Below, in pieces: positions 29,922 to 40,325 of a stretch of 64,000 bases of DNA. Origin of the DNA: Promethearchaeota archaeon. Lineage in GTDB: Archaea; Asgardarchaeota; Lokiarchaeia; Sigyniarchaeales; SOKP01. The position numbers and the translations under genes were made by a program. The stretch covers positions 320,001 through 384,000 of the forward strand of contig JAUVNS010000001.1 in the NCBI GenBank assembly GCA_030599585.1, written 5' to 3'. The notes under the pieces are model-generated. The model saw nothing but the letters and a program-made list of their open reading frames with translations. It was not told where the DNA came from and ran no database searches. Numbering within the stretch: position 1 is the stretch's first letter; the number at the start of each line of letters is the position of its first letter.

Positions 29922-30298
29922 CTTTTATTTTTCATTAATTTATTTTTATTTTGAGTTTTTAATTAAATAAAATAAGGTTGAAAGTATATTACTAGTTTAT
30001 TGTCTAAAACTTTAACTGAACTTTTGGACTCTTATTAAGTCTCATTTTTTGTCGGTTTAAGCTCACTTTCTCTGAAATCTGTTCAGATTAAACACAATTT
30101 AAATTGAAAATATGAATCGAGTTCAGTCTAAAATCTAAAATCTAAACAATATTCAATTGAAATAAATATTTATGTTCATTTAATGTGAAAAAAATGAAAA
30201 AAATGAAAATTATCGTAATGTTTATAACTATTTTTTCATAATATAATAGTAATAGGGAATTTTTTCCCACATCAAAGTAAAAGGTGATGTGATAAAAA

Positions 30299-30514
30299 GT
30301 GATAAAATGTGAAAAATGCGGTATGCTTCATGCGTTATACCACGATTGTAATCAAATTACAATAGGTCATGGAGTAGTATTTGAGGACGACCGAAAATGT
30401 TACGATTGGAACTGTTTTATAACAGACGCTCCAAGAATATACAAAATTGAAGAGAGAATTTTAGATAGTATTCTTAACAATCCAAAGGAAAATCCGTTAT
30501 TAATTTACGAGTAA
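30299..30514 (+). CDS. Small Cys/His-rich hypothetical protein (possible zinc ribbon)
   Basis: CEKCG..H...H.C, with AGGTGA upstream. Confidence 0.5.
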   Translation: MIKCEKCGMLHALYHDCNQITIGHGVVFEDDRKCYDWNCFITDAPRIYKIEERILDSILNNPKENPLLIYE

Positions 30515-30623
30515 TTTTTATTAACTTATTTCTATTTTTAAATCGTATATCAGGAAATTTCTAACTTTATAAATTAAAAAAGATAATTTCTTAAGCTACT
30601 ATTTCATCTTAAAACCATTCATT

Positions 30624-31526
30624 ATGGTTAAAGAAGTATTTGAGTCAGACATTGTAATCATTGGGCATGTAGCGAAAGATATCATAGAAATCGACGGAGT
30701 GAGCAAATCGGTACTAGGAGGTGCCGTGTATTACGGCGGGTTAGCTGGTAGTCGAATGGGATTAAGAATAGCGATCATTACGCGGTTGAAGGCCGAAGAT
30801 TTCCCAATTTTGGATTCGTTTGAGAAAAATGGTATCAAATACTTTGCGTATCCGGCTAAAGAAACTTCAGGAATTAAAAACATATACTCTTCGGAAAATA
30901 TGGAATATAGAACTTACGAACCTTTAGGTTTTGCGGGTGCGTTTAAAAAGGAAGAAATCCCAGTTATTACTACAAAATTTTTTGTTATAGGTTCGATAAT
31001 TGCTGGCGAAATCGATTTAGAGCTGTTAGAATACTTGAATAAAAAATATAACGGCAGATTGGGGCTTGACATTCAAGGATTTCTTAGAGGTGTAAAGGAT
31101 AATAAAATGCAGTATTTCAACTTAACAGAAAAAGAGAAAGTTGAAATAATATCTAAAGTGGATTACTTAAAAGTTGACGAAACGGAAGCGAAAGTGCTAA
31201 CAAATCTCTCTTCTTTACAAGATGCAGGAAAGCAACTCATTAATTTAGGACCGAAGGAAGTTCTTATCACGCACCAAAGAGGAATCAACTTAGTTTCAAG
31301 AGAAGGATCATACTTCTTTCCTTGGAAAAATAAAGGTAGTGTAGGGAGGACAGGTAGAGGAGATACTGCCTTTATAAGTTATTTAGGATCGCGAATAACG
31401 AGAAGTCCAGAAGAATCCTTACGATTTTCTGCAGCGTTAACATCGCTTAAAATGGAATCAATGGAACCATTTTCATTACCTTTAAGTGCGGTTGAAAAAT
31501 TGATAAGGGAGGAATATGTTCAATGA
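30624..31526 (+). CDS. PfkB-family carbohydrate kinase
   Basis: IGHVAKD, GGAVYYG, DIQG and GRTGRGDT (anion-hole variant). Confidence 0.88.
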   Translation: MVKEVFESDIVIIGHVAKDIIEIDGVSKSVLGGAVYYGGLAGSRMGLRIAIITRLKAEDFPILDSFEKNGIKYFAYPAKETSGIKNIYSSENMEYRTYEPLGFAGAFKKEEIPVITTKFFVIGSIIAGEIDLELLEYLNKKYNGRLGLDIQGFLRGVKDNKMQYFNLTEKEKVEIISKVDYLKVDETEAKVLTNLSSLQDAGKQLINLGPKEVLITHQRGINLVSREGSYFFPWKNKGSVGRTGRGDTAFISYLGSRITRSPEESLRFSAALTSLKMESMEPFSLPLSAVEKLIREEYVQ

Positions 31527-32281
31527 GAGTCGGTGGAATTATAGATATATCAACAAAGGACATTCCTAATAGGTCAACAATGGTTATTTTCACGGTTGGG
31601 TGCAATTTGAGTTGCGAATTTTGCCACAATAAATATCTACTACATAAAGCCGTAGGGAGAGACATCGATATTCCCGAATTAATGGGACAAATTAAAAGTA
31701 ACATGTTAGTTAGTAGTGTGAGCATTTCTGGAGGAGAACCTACGCTTCAAAAGGATTTGCTTGATCTATGTACAGAAATAAAGAATGTTGGAAAATATAT
31801 CAGTATTGACACAAATGGAACAAATCCGAAATCGATTGTGGAATTACTGCCATATATCAACAGAATTGCTTTAGATATGAAAGGTCCACTCAACAATAAG
31901 AGACTAACCAAAATTACAGGAAATCAAATTAATTCCAACCTGATTGTTGAGACGTTTAGAGCTGTAAACAATCGTAAGGATATTGATTTTGAAATAAGAA
32001 CGACTTACGTGGGAAATTTGATGAAATCGAACGATATCGACAAGATTATTTCATTCCTAAGAAAAAATCATTTCCGGGGGAGTTTTGTTCTTCAACAATA
32101 TCAATACTCCGAAGGCGTTGGTGAAGAAAATAAACTTAAATTTCAAAAACCAGATCATTTTACATTACTCAATATCCTAAAGCCTTATAGAAATATGGAT
32201 TTACCCTTCGAAATCTATTTGAGAGACGACATAGTAGGATATAGTAGGATAGATAAATTATACGAGTATCTTGATGCCTAA
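31523..32281 (+). CDS. Glycyl-radical activating radical SAM enzyme (anaerobic RNR activase-like)
   Basis: FTVGCNLSCEFCHN, SGGEPTL, DTNG, ALDMKGP, EIRTT; overlaps the pfkB stop by 4 bp. Confidence 0.85.
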   Translation: MRVGGIIDISTKDIPNRSTMVIFTVGCNLSCEFCHNKYLLHKAVGRDIDIPELMGQIKSNMLVSSVSISGGEPTLQKDLLDLCTEIKNVGKYISIDTNGTNPKSIVELLPYINRIALDMKGPLNNKRLTKITGNQINSNLIVETFRAVNNRKDIDFEIRTTYVGNLMKSNDIDKIISFLRKNHFRGSFVLQQYQYSEGVGEENKLKFQKPDHFTLLNILKPYRNMDLPFEIYLRDDIVGYSRIDKLYEYLDA

Positions 32282-32292
32282 AGGTGAAAAGA

Positions 32293-32460
32293 ATGAGCAA
32301 AGATAATGAAGAATCCAATAAAGAAAATGACAAGATGAAAGACGACCCTAAAGACGAATTAGATAACCAATGGGAAATGCAAGACCAAATTCATAAAACA
32401 TGTAAAATGAAAGGAGACAGTGAAGAAAGGCAAAAAAAGTGGAAAGAAAAATATGGTTAA
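32293..32460 (+). CDS. 55-aa charged small protein (absent from the ORF track)
   Basis: AGGTGA RBS, then MSKDNEESNKENDKMKDDPKDELDNQWEMQDQIHKTCKMKGDSEERQKKWKEKYG. Confidence 0.6.
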   Translation: MSKDNEESNKENDKMKDDPKDELDNQWEMQDQIHKTCKMKGDSEERQKKWKEKYG

Positions 32461-32478
32461 TTTTTAAGTACCTTTGAT

Positions 32479-33813
32479 TTATTTACTGGCTTTTGTTTCG
32501 ATTTTTGATTTCATTGTATAAAAAACGACTACTCCACATAAGATAATAATTATTTGGATAATAACAATCAACAAATCAAAAGTAAAAAGTAGTCCGAAAC
32601 AAACAATACAACCTAATAGTGCAACTATTGGAAACCAACCAATATTGGGTTTTTGCTTAAAAGGTCGATCAAGCTCGGGTTTTTTCTTACGTAAAACTAT
32701 TAGGCTTAAATTCACGAGGAAAAAAGTAATTAACACTCCAAACACAGTGGCGTTGGCGACAATAGATATGTCCCCCAAAAACAATGGAATTATTGTTAAA
32801 ATCAAGGTTGCTAAAACTGCTAGGACGGGTGTTCTATGCTTAGGTGATATTTTACTCAATCCTTCTGGTAACGCTTTATCTCTTGCCATTCCGTACATCA
32901 TTCTTGAGGTAACAATCATCATTATCATAACGGTGTTAGCTGTAGCAAAGAGGGCTATAAAAGACATAATGATTCCACCTGTAGGACCTAAAACAGCTGA
33001 AACAACGCTGTTTAAAGGAGCTGAAGAAGAAGCGATATCTTCATATGGTAAAATACTCACAACTGATATGGCAGTTAAACAATATAAAACAGTTGTGATG
33101 ATGATCGAATAAATTATAGCTCGAGGAAGATTCCTAGCAGGTTCTTTAACTTCTTCAGATATATTCGCGATATCTTCAAATCCAATATACGCAAAAAATA
33201 TTAAAGCAACCGCAGAAAAAACGCCACCGAAAGAGCCTCCTAAAGGGAGCACAAAATAGTTGACTGTACCTAAAAACGGGAAACCTATTATAATAATTAA
33301 AATGAGCCCGGATGCTTCAATTAATGTAAATATGATATTTGTCCATGTAGATGCCCTTATTCCAATGAAGTTGATAAGACTTAGAATTACTATAAGTAAA
33401 ACAGCGAAAATTATAACAAGAATAATCGAGGGAATCCCGATTAAATTGGCTAAGTACCATGCAAAACCTAAAGCAACCGTAGCTGCAGAAAGTATCCCTG
33501 AAAATATTATTATCCATCCAAGAAGAAACGATAAAATTCGGATTTTGAAGGCTTCCTCTGTATACACAAACTCAGCAGCACTTTTAGGGAACATAGCAGA
33601 AAGTTCAGCATACGATAAACCAGTTAATGCTCCAGTAACTGAAGCTATTAGAAAAGCTAACCACGAAAAGTTTCCCGTAATTCCTACTACTTCTCCAATT
33701 AAAGCATATATTCCTGCTCCTAGGACATTTCCGATTCCATAGACAGTAACACCGAATAACGATATCCTTCTTTTAAGTTCAGGTCTTTTCTTAACTTCTT
33801 CCAATAAATTCAC
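32479..33813 (-). CDS. APC-family amino acid permease
   Basis: GNVLGAGIY, SYAELSAMFP, FFAYIGFE and SRMMYGMARD motifs. Confidence 0.92.
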   Translation of the reverse strand: MNLLEEVKKRPELKRRISLFGVTVYGIGNVLGAGIYALIGEVVGITGNFSWLAFLIASVTGALTGLSYAELSAMFPKSAAEFVYTEEAFKIRILSFLLGWIIIFSGILSAATVALGFAWYLANLIGIPSIILVIIFAVLLIVILSLINFIGIRASTWTNIIFTLIEASGLILIIIIGFPFLGTVNYFVLPLGGSFGGVFSAVALIFFAYIGFEDIANISEEVKEPARNLPRAIIYSIIITTVLYCLTAISVVSILPYEDIASSSAPLNSVVSAVLGPTGGIIMSFIALFATANTVMIMMIVTSRMMYGMARDKALPEGLSKISPKHRTPVLAVLATLILTIIPLFLGDISIVANATVFGVLITFFLVNLSLIVLRKKKPELDRPFKQKPNIGWFPIVALLGCIVCFGLLFTFDLLIVIIQIIIILCGVVVFYTMKSKIETKASK

Positions 33814-33903
33814 CTATCTAAATATAAATAATTCTATACTTCGCCTAATAAAAAGTTACATTTGAAACCTTGAAATCGTTTTAATCCAGAAATAGATGTT
33901 GTT

Positions 33904-34419
33904 CTATTTTAACTTTTCCGGTCTAATTATACATGCTTGTTGACGATGATGATGAGGCTTAGCGTGTTGTAACCTAATTTCTCTCCTTTTTTTAGCTTCC
34001 TCAGAGCGTCTTTTTTCACTTTCAGTCTCAGAAATCAGCCCGGGTACTTCAGTTGGTTTATCATCCTTACCCAGAGCTACAAATGTAAGGTAGGCGGACC
34101 CAATATGGGTGTGAGTGCCAGTTTTTAGGCATTCTGCCTCTACTCTTACTCCAATTTCCATCGAAGTTTTTGAAACATAATTCATTGACGCTTTAATAAA
34201 AACTAAGTTCCCAATGTAAGCAGGTGAAATAAAATCGAAACGATCTACCGATGCAGTAACTACATTAGTGTGCGTATGTCTCGCTGCCACAATAGCTCCC
34301 GCTTGATCAACAAGTTTTAGAAGATTACCCCCATGGACATTGCCCGAGGGATTTGCGTGCTCTGGCATCATTACTTGCGCAATCTCAACCTTTGATTGCG
34401 AAACTGTTTTAGCTTCCAA
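33904..34419 (-). CDS. Acyl-CoA thioesterase (hotdog fold)
   Basis: HANPSGNVHGG, VVTASVD, TSMEIGV and TFVAL motifs. Confidence 0.92.
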   Translation of the reverse strand: MEAKTVSQSKVEIAQVMMPEHANPSGNVHGGNLLKLVDQAGAIVAARHTHTNVVTASVDRFDFISPAYIGNLVFIKASMNYVSKTSMEIGVRVEAECLKTGTHTHIGSAYLTFVALGKDDKPTEVPGLISETESEKRRSEEAKKRREIRLQHAKPHHHRQQACIIRPEKLK

Positions 34420-34589
34420 TTTAATCTACCACTAGTTGTCTAATCTGTTTTTAAGATACAAATGATAAAACTAATGATAAAGGTAACTCTTTTAATTTAA
34501 AATATATGCTAAAAGATATGCTACGAGCATCTCTTCTATATAGAGAAATTTATATACAATTATTTATTCTATATAAGTAAGTCAAATTA

Positions 34590-34603
34590 TGAATAATCAT
34601 TCT
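34590..34603. promoter_or_regulatory. Palindromic operator, site 1 (TGAATAATCATTCT), before osmC-like gene
   Basis: Matches WGAATRMTYATTCW, downstream of a TATA-like box. Confidence 0.6.
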
Positions 34604-34628
34604 TAATTTAAAAAAATATAGACAAAAA

Positions 34629-35138
34629 GTGAAAAAAATGCCAAGCTTTAAAGAAACATATGAAGCAATAAAAGAAGATTGGAGCAAAGGGGAAAAGAAT
34701 TTCAACATTGAGTGCGAGATGTTATCGGAAGGTATGCAAGTTAAATGTACAATGGGAGCAAAGCCTTTTGAAATGATAATCGACGCGCCTCTAGGCTTAG
34801 ATGGAACAAATGAAGGACCATCTCCACTACTCGTTATTTTAGCCTCAATAGGCGCATGTATAGTTGCAGTTACGAAATTTTGGGCTAAGATTATGGACAT
34901 AAATATCACAGAATTGAAAGTATTTTCTCGTGGTCATATTAATCTAGGAGCTATATTTGGTCTCGACGATAGTAAACTTGCGGGTTACGATAAACTCGAA
35001 CCTGTTGTCAGGATTAAAGCAGACGCCCCCAAAGAAAAAATAGAGGAATTGATGGAAAAAGTATTTTCTCATTGTCCAGTCATAACGAATTTGGGTGGAG
35101 CTTCACCTATTACTCCAAAACTCCAAATAAGAGAATAA
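34629..35138 (+). CDS. OsmC/Ohr-family protein
   Basis: DAP..LDGTNEGPSP, GAC and HCPV motifs; ATG 34638 is an alternative start. Confidence 0.88.
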   Translation: MKKMPSFKETYEAIKEDWSKGEKNFNIECEMLSEGMQVKCTMGAKPFEMIIDAPLGLDGTNEGPSPLLVILASIGACIVAVTKFWAKIMDINITELKVFSRGHINLGAIFGLDDSKLAGYDKLEPVVRIKADAPKEKIEELMEKVFSHCPVITNLGGASPITPKLQIRE

Positions 35139-35199
35139 GTTATATACTATTCTTTGTTTTTTTTAATTTTTTGTTTTCTCTTTTTAAGACTGAATTTCT

Positions 35200-36054
35200 T
35201 TAGCGTAGAGGGTATTTAGGATCTCTCTTTCCAAAAAACGCAGCAGAGGCTTCGTTCACATCTTTGGAACTGAAAGTAAGCACGATACTAGAGTTTTCCA
35301 ATTGACAAATTGTCTCTAAACTTGGAGAATCAAGAGTTAAATTTAACGATTGTTTAGTCATTCGCAAACCTAACGGACTCTTCCTTAGCATCTCGTCTGC
35401 TAACTCCAACCCAGATTCTAACAGATCTTTTGACCCAACAGATTTTAAAGCTAATCCAATTTTAACCGATTCTTCAGCCCCGACTTGCCTTCCGGTGTAC
35501 ATTATCTCAGAAGCTCTCGATAATCCTATTAAGCGAGGAAGAAAATAACTTCCGCCTACATCAGCTCCCGTTAACCCAATATTAATTGAAGCGTTAATAA
35601 ACTTAACATCAGCACCTACAATTCGTATATCTGAAGCCATAGCAAAGCCAAATCCACCTCCTGCAGCTGCACCGTGAACTAAAGCGATAATTGGTTGGCT
35701 TATCTTGCGCATCTTTATAAAGATCGAACTAATTCGCCACTGATGGTACATTTTTTTTTTAATCGGTTCTGAAACATTTAGAAAATAATATTTTTCGTAT
35801 CCTTCAGGTTTCTTTTTAGTGTTTAAGATCAATGCCTCCTGTAAATCAGTTCCCGCACAGAATGCCCTTCCCTCAGCTCTTAAAATTACCACACGACAAT
35901 CTAAATTTACCATTAGATGATCGAATACCTCGTGTAATTCCTTTTCCATTTGGAAGTTAATAGCATTCAATTTTTCCGGACGATTTAAGGAAAGAATTCC
36001 AATTCCATTTTCCTTTAATTCAAATTTAATAGTCTCAAAATTCACTTTTATCAC
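35200..36054 (-). CDS. Enoyl-CoA hydratase/isomerase
   Basis: LNRPEKLNA, FCAGTDL, GGGFGFAMASDIR and PRLIG motifs. Confidence 0.92.
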   Translation of the reverse strand: MIKVNFETIKFELKENGIGILSLNRPEKLNAINFQMEKELHEVFDHLMVNLDCRVVILRAEGRAFCAGTDLQEALILNTKKKPEGYEKYYFLNVSEPIKKKMYHQWRISSIFIKMRKISQPIIALVHGAAAGGGFGFAMASDIRIVGADVKFINASINIGLTGADVGGSYFLPRLIGLSRASEIMYTGRQVGAEESVKIGLALKSVGSKDLLESGLELADEMLRKSPLGLRMTKQSLNLTLDSPSLETICQLENSSIVLTFSSKDVNEASAAFFGKRDPKYPLR

Positions 36055-36129
36055 TTTTTTTAATAATGTAATAAAACCACTTTTGAATTTATAATTTAGG
36101 ACTGTGCTTAAGCTCGGGATTTAACAATT

Positions 36130-36909
36130 TCAAAGTAATAAAGAACTTAAGGTCTTTTTAGCTAGAGTAAATAAAGTATGCAGATGTTCCTCAGTTAAAT
36201 GAAAGTGAAGCTCCCAATTTTCTTCAGTCAAATAATCGCTAATAGTAAAAATTGCCCCTGCTTCGATGTTTAAACACTTTGCAATCACAAATATAGCAGA
36301 AGCTTCCATTTCAACCGTCAATACGCCTTCATCGCGGTAATGTTTTAATTCAGCTAAAGATTCACGATAAGGTGCGTCAGTCGTCCAACTTGTTCCCGTG
36401 TGATAATTTAGGTTCATATCTTTAGCTATTTCGATCAATTTATCAGTCAAGCCACTAGAGGGATGTGAGTACTTCTCGCTTAATGCGTAATGATGCGAAG
36501 TTCCCTCGTCTCTAATTGCTCTCGTGCAGATAATGGTACTACCTAATTGAAGATTTCTTTGTAGAGATCCAGCAGTCCCTATTGAAACAAATGATTTAAT
36601 ACCAAAAGCGTTGAGTTCTTCCAAGAGAATCCCAACAATTGGAGCTCCGATTCCAAAAGTTCCACAAAGTGCAATTTTTTTGTTAGAATCGTTTAAAAGA
36701 TAAAAATCCTTTCCAAAAACATTGTCAACTTTAGTAAGAGAATAATTTTCTACGATGTAATTTAGGATTGTCGGGGAATAACAAATGATTACTCCTTTTG
36801 GAGGCTCGATATCCGGATATACCCCAAGTTCTTTCTTATACTTCCAGAAATCTACAGCTTGAACAACAGCTCTCTCACGATGTTTATTTGGAAAATTTGG
36901 AAATGTCAT
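36130..36909 (-). CDS. Nucleoside phosphorylase (uridine phosphorylase/PNP family)
   Basis: GIGAP, IGTAG, RDEGTS, WTTDAPYRE, VEMEAS and ISD motifs. Confidence 0.9.
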   Translation of the reverse strand: MTFPNFPNKHRERAVVQAVDFWKYKKELGVYPDIEPPKGVIICYSPTILNYIVENYSLTKVDNVFGKDFYLLNDSNKKIALCGTFGIGAPIVGILLEELNAFGIKSFVSIGTAGSLQRNLQLGSTIICTRAIRDEGTSHHYALSEKYSHPSSGLTDKLIEIAKDMNLNYHTGTSWTTDAPYRESLAELKHYRDEGVLTVEMEASAIFVIAKCLNIEAGAIFTISDYLTEENWELHFHLTEEHLHTLFTLAKKTLSSLLL

Positions 36910-36977
36910 ATTTGTTTTAACGATCTAAAGAATTTGAAACTTTTTGAAAAGGCTAGCTCGTACAAAAATTAGATAGG

Positions 36978-37775
36978 TTATTTCTGAGAGAGATTATGAC
37001 GAATATTTATTTTTACATTTGACTTTAAACTTTTCAAGATCTCCGGGATAATTTTAAAATCGTTCCAACTCAAATCGACACTTTCAAGGTTTGTAAGATC
37101 GCTTAGTGTATCTGGCAAATCAGTTAAATTATTACAACTAAGGTCCAAATTTTTTAAATTCTTCAATAATTCAATGGAGGAAGGAATTTGATATTTTAGG
37201 GATATACTTAATTCTGATATGTGCTGGTCTTGAATTTTAAACATTACATCGTCATCATAGATCAGTTTACTGTTTGAACTCCAATTAAAACTATTATAAT
37301 TCTCAATACTAAATTCTATATCCAGTAAGAAAGGGACTTCCTCGGAAACTACATCAAGCTTTTCACCTATCTTCTCTAATCTATGAAGATAAATTGCATA
37401 TAGGTTCTTGTATCGATCGATTTTTGGATCATTTAACATTTCTCCAAGGACTTTAAGTAATCTAGATGACTTATCGTTTAATAGAGCCCATTCCAAGCAT
37501 TTTTCTCCAATATGTAAATAATTTTCTAAAATATTTTTAGCGGAAATTATCCTAATCTCTTCAGATTCGTCAGAAATTATACAATTTTCTAATGTTTTAA
37601 AAACAATCTGATCTTGAGTTTTCAGTCTATAGAGAATTTTTAAACTTTCCAATCTGGCGCTAGGCGTATCAGATTTTTCTATGATCGAAATTAGAAACTC
37701 AATACCTTCTATCCTGTTGATTTTATCCTGGAGTATTTTCTGATAGATGGTATTTGGGTTTAGTGTAACTTTCAT
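36978..37775 (-). CDS. HEAT-like plus leucine-rich-repeat protein
   Basis: Helical N-terminal half; C-terminal LKNLDLSCNNLTDLPDTL repeats. Confidence 0.8.
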   Translation of the reverse strand: MKVTLNPNTIYQKILQDKINRIEGIEFLISIIEKSDTPSARLESLKILYRLKTQDQIVFKTLENCIISDESEEIRIISAKNILENYLHIGEKCLEWALLNDKSSRLLKVLGEMLNDPKIDRYKNLYAIYLHRLEKIGEKLDVVSEEVPFLLDIEFSIENYNSFNWSSNSKLIYDDDVMFKIQDQHISELSISLKYQIPSSIELLKNLKNLDLSCNNLTDLPDTLSDLTNLESVDLSWNDFKIIPEILKSLKSNVKINIRHNLSQK

Positions 37776-37889
37776 TTCGAACGATTAGAGAATAATTGTT
37801 ATTAAGCTATTTTACTTATTTTTTAAAGTTTTAAAATACTTATTAGATTGTTGATTTAAATTAATTACAATTTTAAATTTTAAATTTCA

Positions 37890-40298
37890 GTGAAGAATTT
37901 GACTGTTAAAACTCCTTCCGAACGGATTAGTACTCTCAAAAATAACATGCTATCAAGCAAGTATGAATTATGTATCGAACGCATGAGATTTTTCACTGAG
38001 ATTTACAAACAATATCCGGACGATCCCGAAATTATTAAGAGAGCGAAAGCTATAGCACATACTCTAAAAAATATGACCCTTTTTATTAGAGACGAGGAAT
38101 TACTGGTTGGAAACGAAACCAGTAAAAATTTGGGCGAAAAAATCAATCTCGATCTTCAGCGGTACGATAACAGCTTAGAGAAGAGATCAACCTATAAGAA
38201 GCTAAGAAGAAGAAAACTTCAACCCTTTTTTATCGACGAGCCGGATATTGATGAGTTACTCGAAATAATTCCTTATTGGAAAGGAAAATCGCTATTAGAA
38301 GGTCGCATTTTTAAAAAATTACGGGAAGAAAAACTAGCCACAGGAGAGGGGAAAATCACTTCCTTAGCTCCAAATGTTTCCATCCAAATTGGACCCACAG
38401 AAGGACATGTATGCGCTGGCTACGAGAAACTCTTAAAACTAGGTTATAAGGGAATTGTTGAGGAAGCTGAACTATTCCAATCCCGCTTAGATAAAGAGAA
38501 TAAAGAATTTCAAGAAAAATATAACTTTTACGAAGCTGTTAAAATTTATTACAGAGCGGCAATAGAGTTTTCGCAAAGGTTTTCAGCACTTTCTCTCGAA
38601 AAGGCAGAAACTCAAAACAACGAAAAACGGAAAAAAGAGCTTGAAATCATAGGAGAAATGATGAAAAAATTTACCGAAACTACCCCAGAAACTTTTTACG
38701 AGGCAGTTCAACTCATCAATTTTACTCAAAATATCATAAATATTACTTACCAGCGAAGTGTTGTAGCCCTTGGTCGTTTAGATCAAATTCTCTGGCCTTA
38801 CTATGTTCAAGATCTTAAAAACGGGAAAATTGATAGAGAGGACGCGTTAGAATTAATAGAAGAACTCAATTTAAAATTAACTTGGAATGTTACAATATTA
38901 CCTACAGACTTTACTTTAGTAGCTAACGCTCTTGGTCAAAACACACAAACAATTACTATTGCTGGCATGGATTCAAATGGTAAAGACGCAACAAATGAGT
39001 TATCTTACCTTTTTCTTGAAGCGTATAAGAAAGTAAAGGTTTTCACTACTGATCTTTCAGTTAGAATTCATAAGAAAACTCCAAGAGAATTCTTTGAAAA
39101 CGCGATTAAAGTTTTTAAACACACTTCAGGTATCGCATTTTATAACGATGAAATTATCGTTCCAGCGCTTCAAAAGACAGGTTATTCTCCAGAAGATGCC
39201 CGAAATTACGTTATAATCGGATGTGTGGAGCCCACCGGTCAAGGTAACAGTTTTTCAGCAACTGCTAGGATGTTCATAAATCTACCTGGAGTATTGGAAT
39301 TAACTTTAAATAATGGTTATAGTAATTTCTCAAAAAATATAGATGGTTTACAGACAGGTAATCCAGGAAAGTTTACCACTTACGATCAATTTTACGATGC
39401 TTTTACACGCCAGCTTAAATTTAACATTGAAAAATCTGTGAAAATTGCTGAAGTAGGAGATAAAATAGTGATGAACTATTTTCAACACCCGATTGTGTCT
39501 GCTACGCTTGATGGATGCTTGGAAAGTGGGAAGGATTACGTATGTGGTGGGGCAAAATATAATTATTCGTCGATTACTGCTTATGGGTTTGCTACTTTAG
39601 TTGATTCTATGTATACCATTAAAAAAGTCGTTTACGACGAAAAGTTAATGACTTTACCAGATCTTATAGATATTCTCAATTCAAACTTTGAAGATAATGA
39701 AGTTTTTCGGCAAAAATTAATTAATAATTACGAAAAGTGGGGAAACGATGGTGCTGAGATTGATTCCTTTGCTATTGAATTATGGGATTTATTTACCCAA
39801 GAGGTAAGGAAGAATAAACCTTTAAGGGGAGGACAATATAATGCGGGAGCTTATTCAATGGGTATCCACGTAATGGAAGGTGTTATAACTCGACCAACAG
39901 CTGATGGTAGAAAAGCAGGAAGACCCATCTCAAATAGTTTATCTCCAGTGAATAGGGTTGAAAAGAATGGAATCACCGCAATATTGAATTCAATCGCAAA
40001 ATTAAACTACGACTACGCTATGAACGGAGTAGCTGTTAATGTGCGATTACATCCCCAAAATTTAGAAAGTCAAGAAAACATCGAAAAGTTTTATCACTTG
40101 TTAAAAACCTATTTTGATAATGGTGGTATGCAGATTCAACCAAATGTGGTGTCAACTGAAACTTTAAAAGACGCACAGATTCATCCTGAAAATTACACAG
40201 ATTTAATTGTAAAAGTTGGAGGGTATAACGCAACTTTTGTTGATTTAGGAATTCCGATTCAAAACGACATAATAGATAGATTAGAAAATAAATTTTAG
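37890..40298 (+). CDS. Glycyl radical enzyme, PFL2/dehydratase-eliminase class
   Basis: ELLVG, GRLDQ, Cys loop GCVEP, Gly loop LIVKVGGY. Confidence 0.92.
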   Translation: MKNLTVKTPSERISTLKNNMLSSKYELCIERMRFFTEIYKQYPDDPEIIKRAKAIAHTLKNMTLFIRDEELLVGNETSKNLGEKINLDLQRYDNSLEKRSTYKKLRRRKLQPFFIDEPDIDELLEIIPYWKGKSLLEGRIFKKLREEKLATGEGKITSLAPNVSIQIGPTEGHVCAGYEKLLKLGYKGIVEEAELFQSRLDKENKEFQEKYNFYEAVKIYYRAAIEFSQRFSALSLEKAETQNNEKRKKELEIIGEMMKKFTETTPETFYEAVQLINFTQNIINITYQRSVVALGRLDQILWPYYVQDLKNGKIDREDALELIEELNLKLTWNVTILPTDFTLVANALGQNTQTITIAGMDSNGKDATNELSYLFLEAYKKVKVFTTDLSVRIHKKTPREFFENAIKVFKHTSGIAFYNDEIIVPALQKTGYSPEDARNYVIIGCVEPTGQGNSFSATARMFINLPGVLELTLNNGYSNFSKNIDGLQTGNPGKFTTYDQFYDAFTRQLKFNIEKSVKIAEVGDKIVMNYFQHPIVSATLDGCLESGKDYVCGGAKYNYSSITAYGFATLVDSMYTIKKVVYDEKLMTLPDLIDILNSNFEDNEVFRQKLINNYEKWGNDGAEIDSFAIELWDLFTQEVRKNKPLRGGQYNAGAYSMGIHVMEGVITRPTADGRKAGRPISNSLSPVNRVEKNGITAILNSIAKLNYDYAMNGVAVNVRLHPQNLESQENIEKFYHLLKTYFDNGGMQIQPNVVSTETLKDAQIHPENYTDLIVKVGGYNATFVDLGIPIQNDIIDRLENKF

Positions 40299-40325
40299 AT
40301 TTACAACAACTTTAACCTTAACCGC

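Noticed and set aside
37890-40298. Pyruvate formate-lyase call
   Set aside because: It lacks the adjacent Cys-Cys pair and has GCVE instead.
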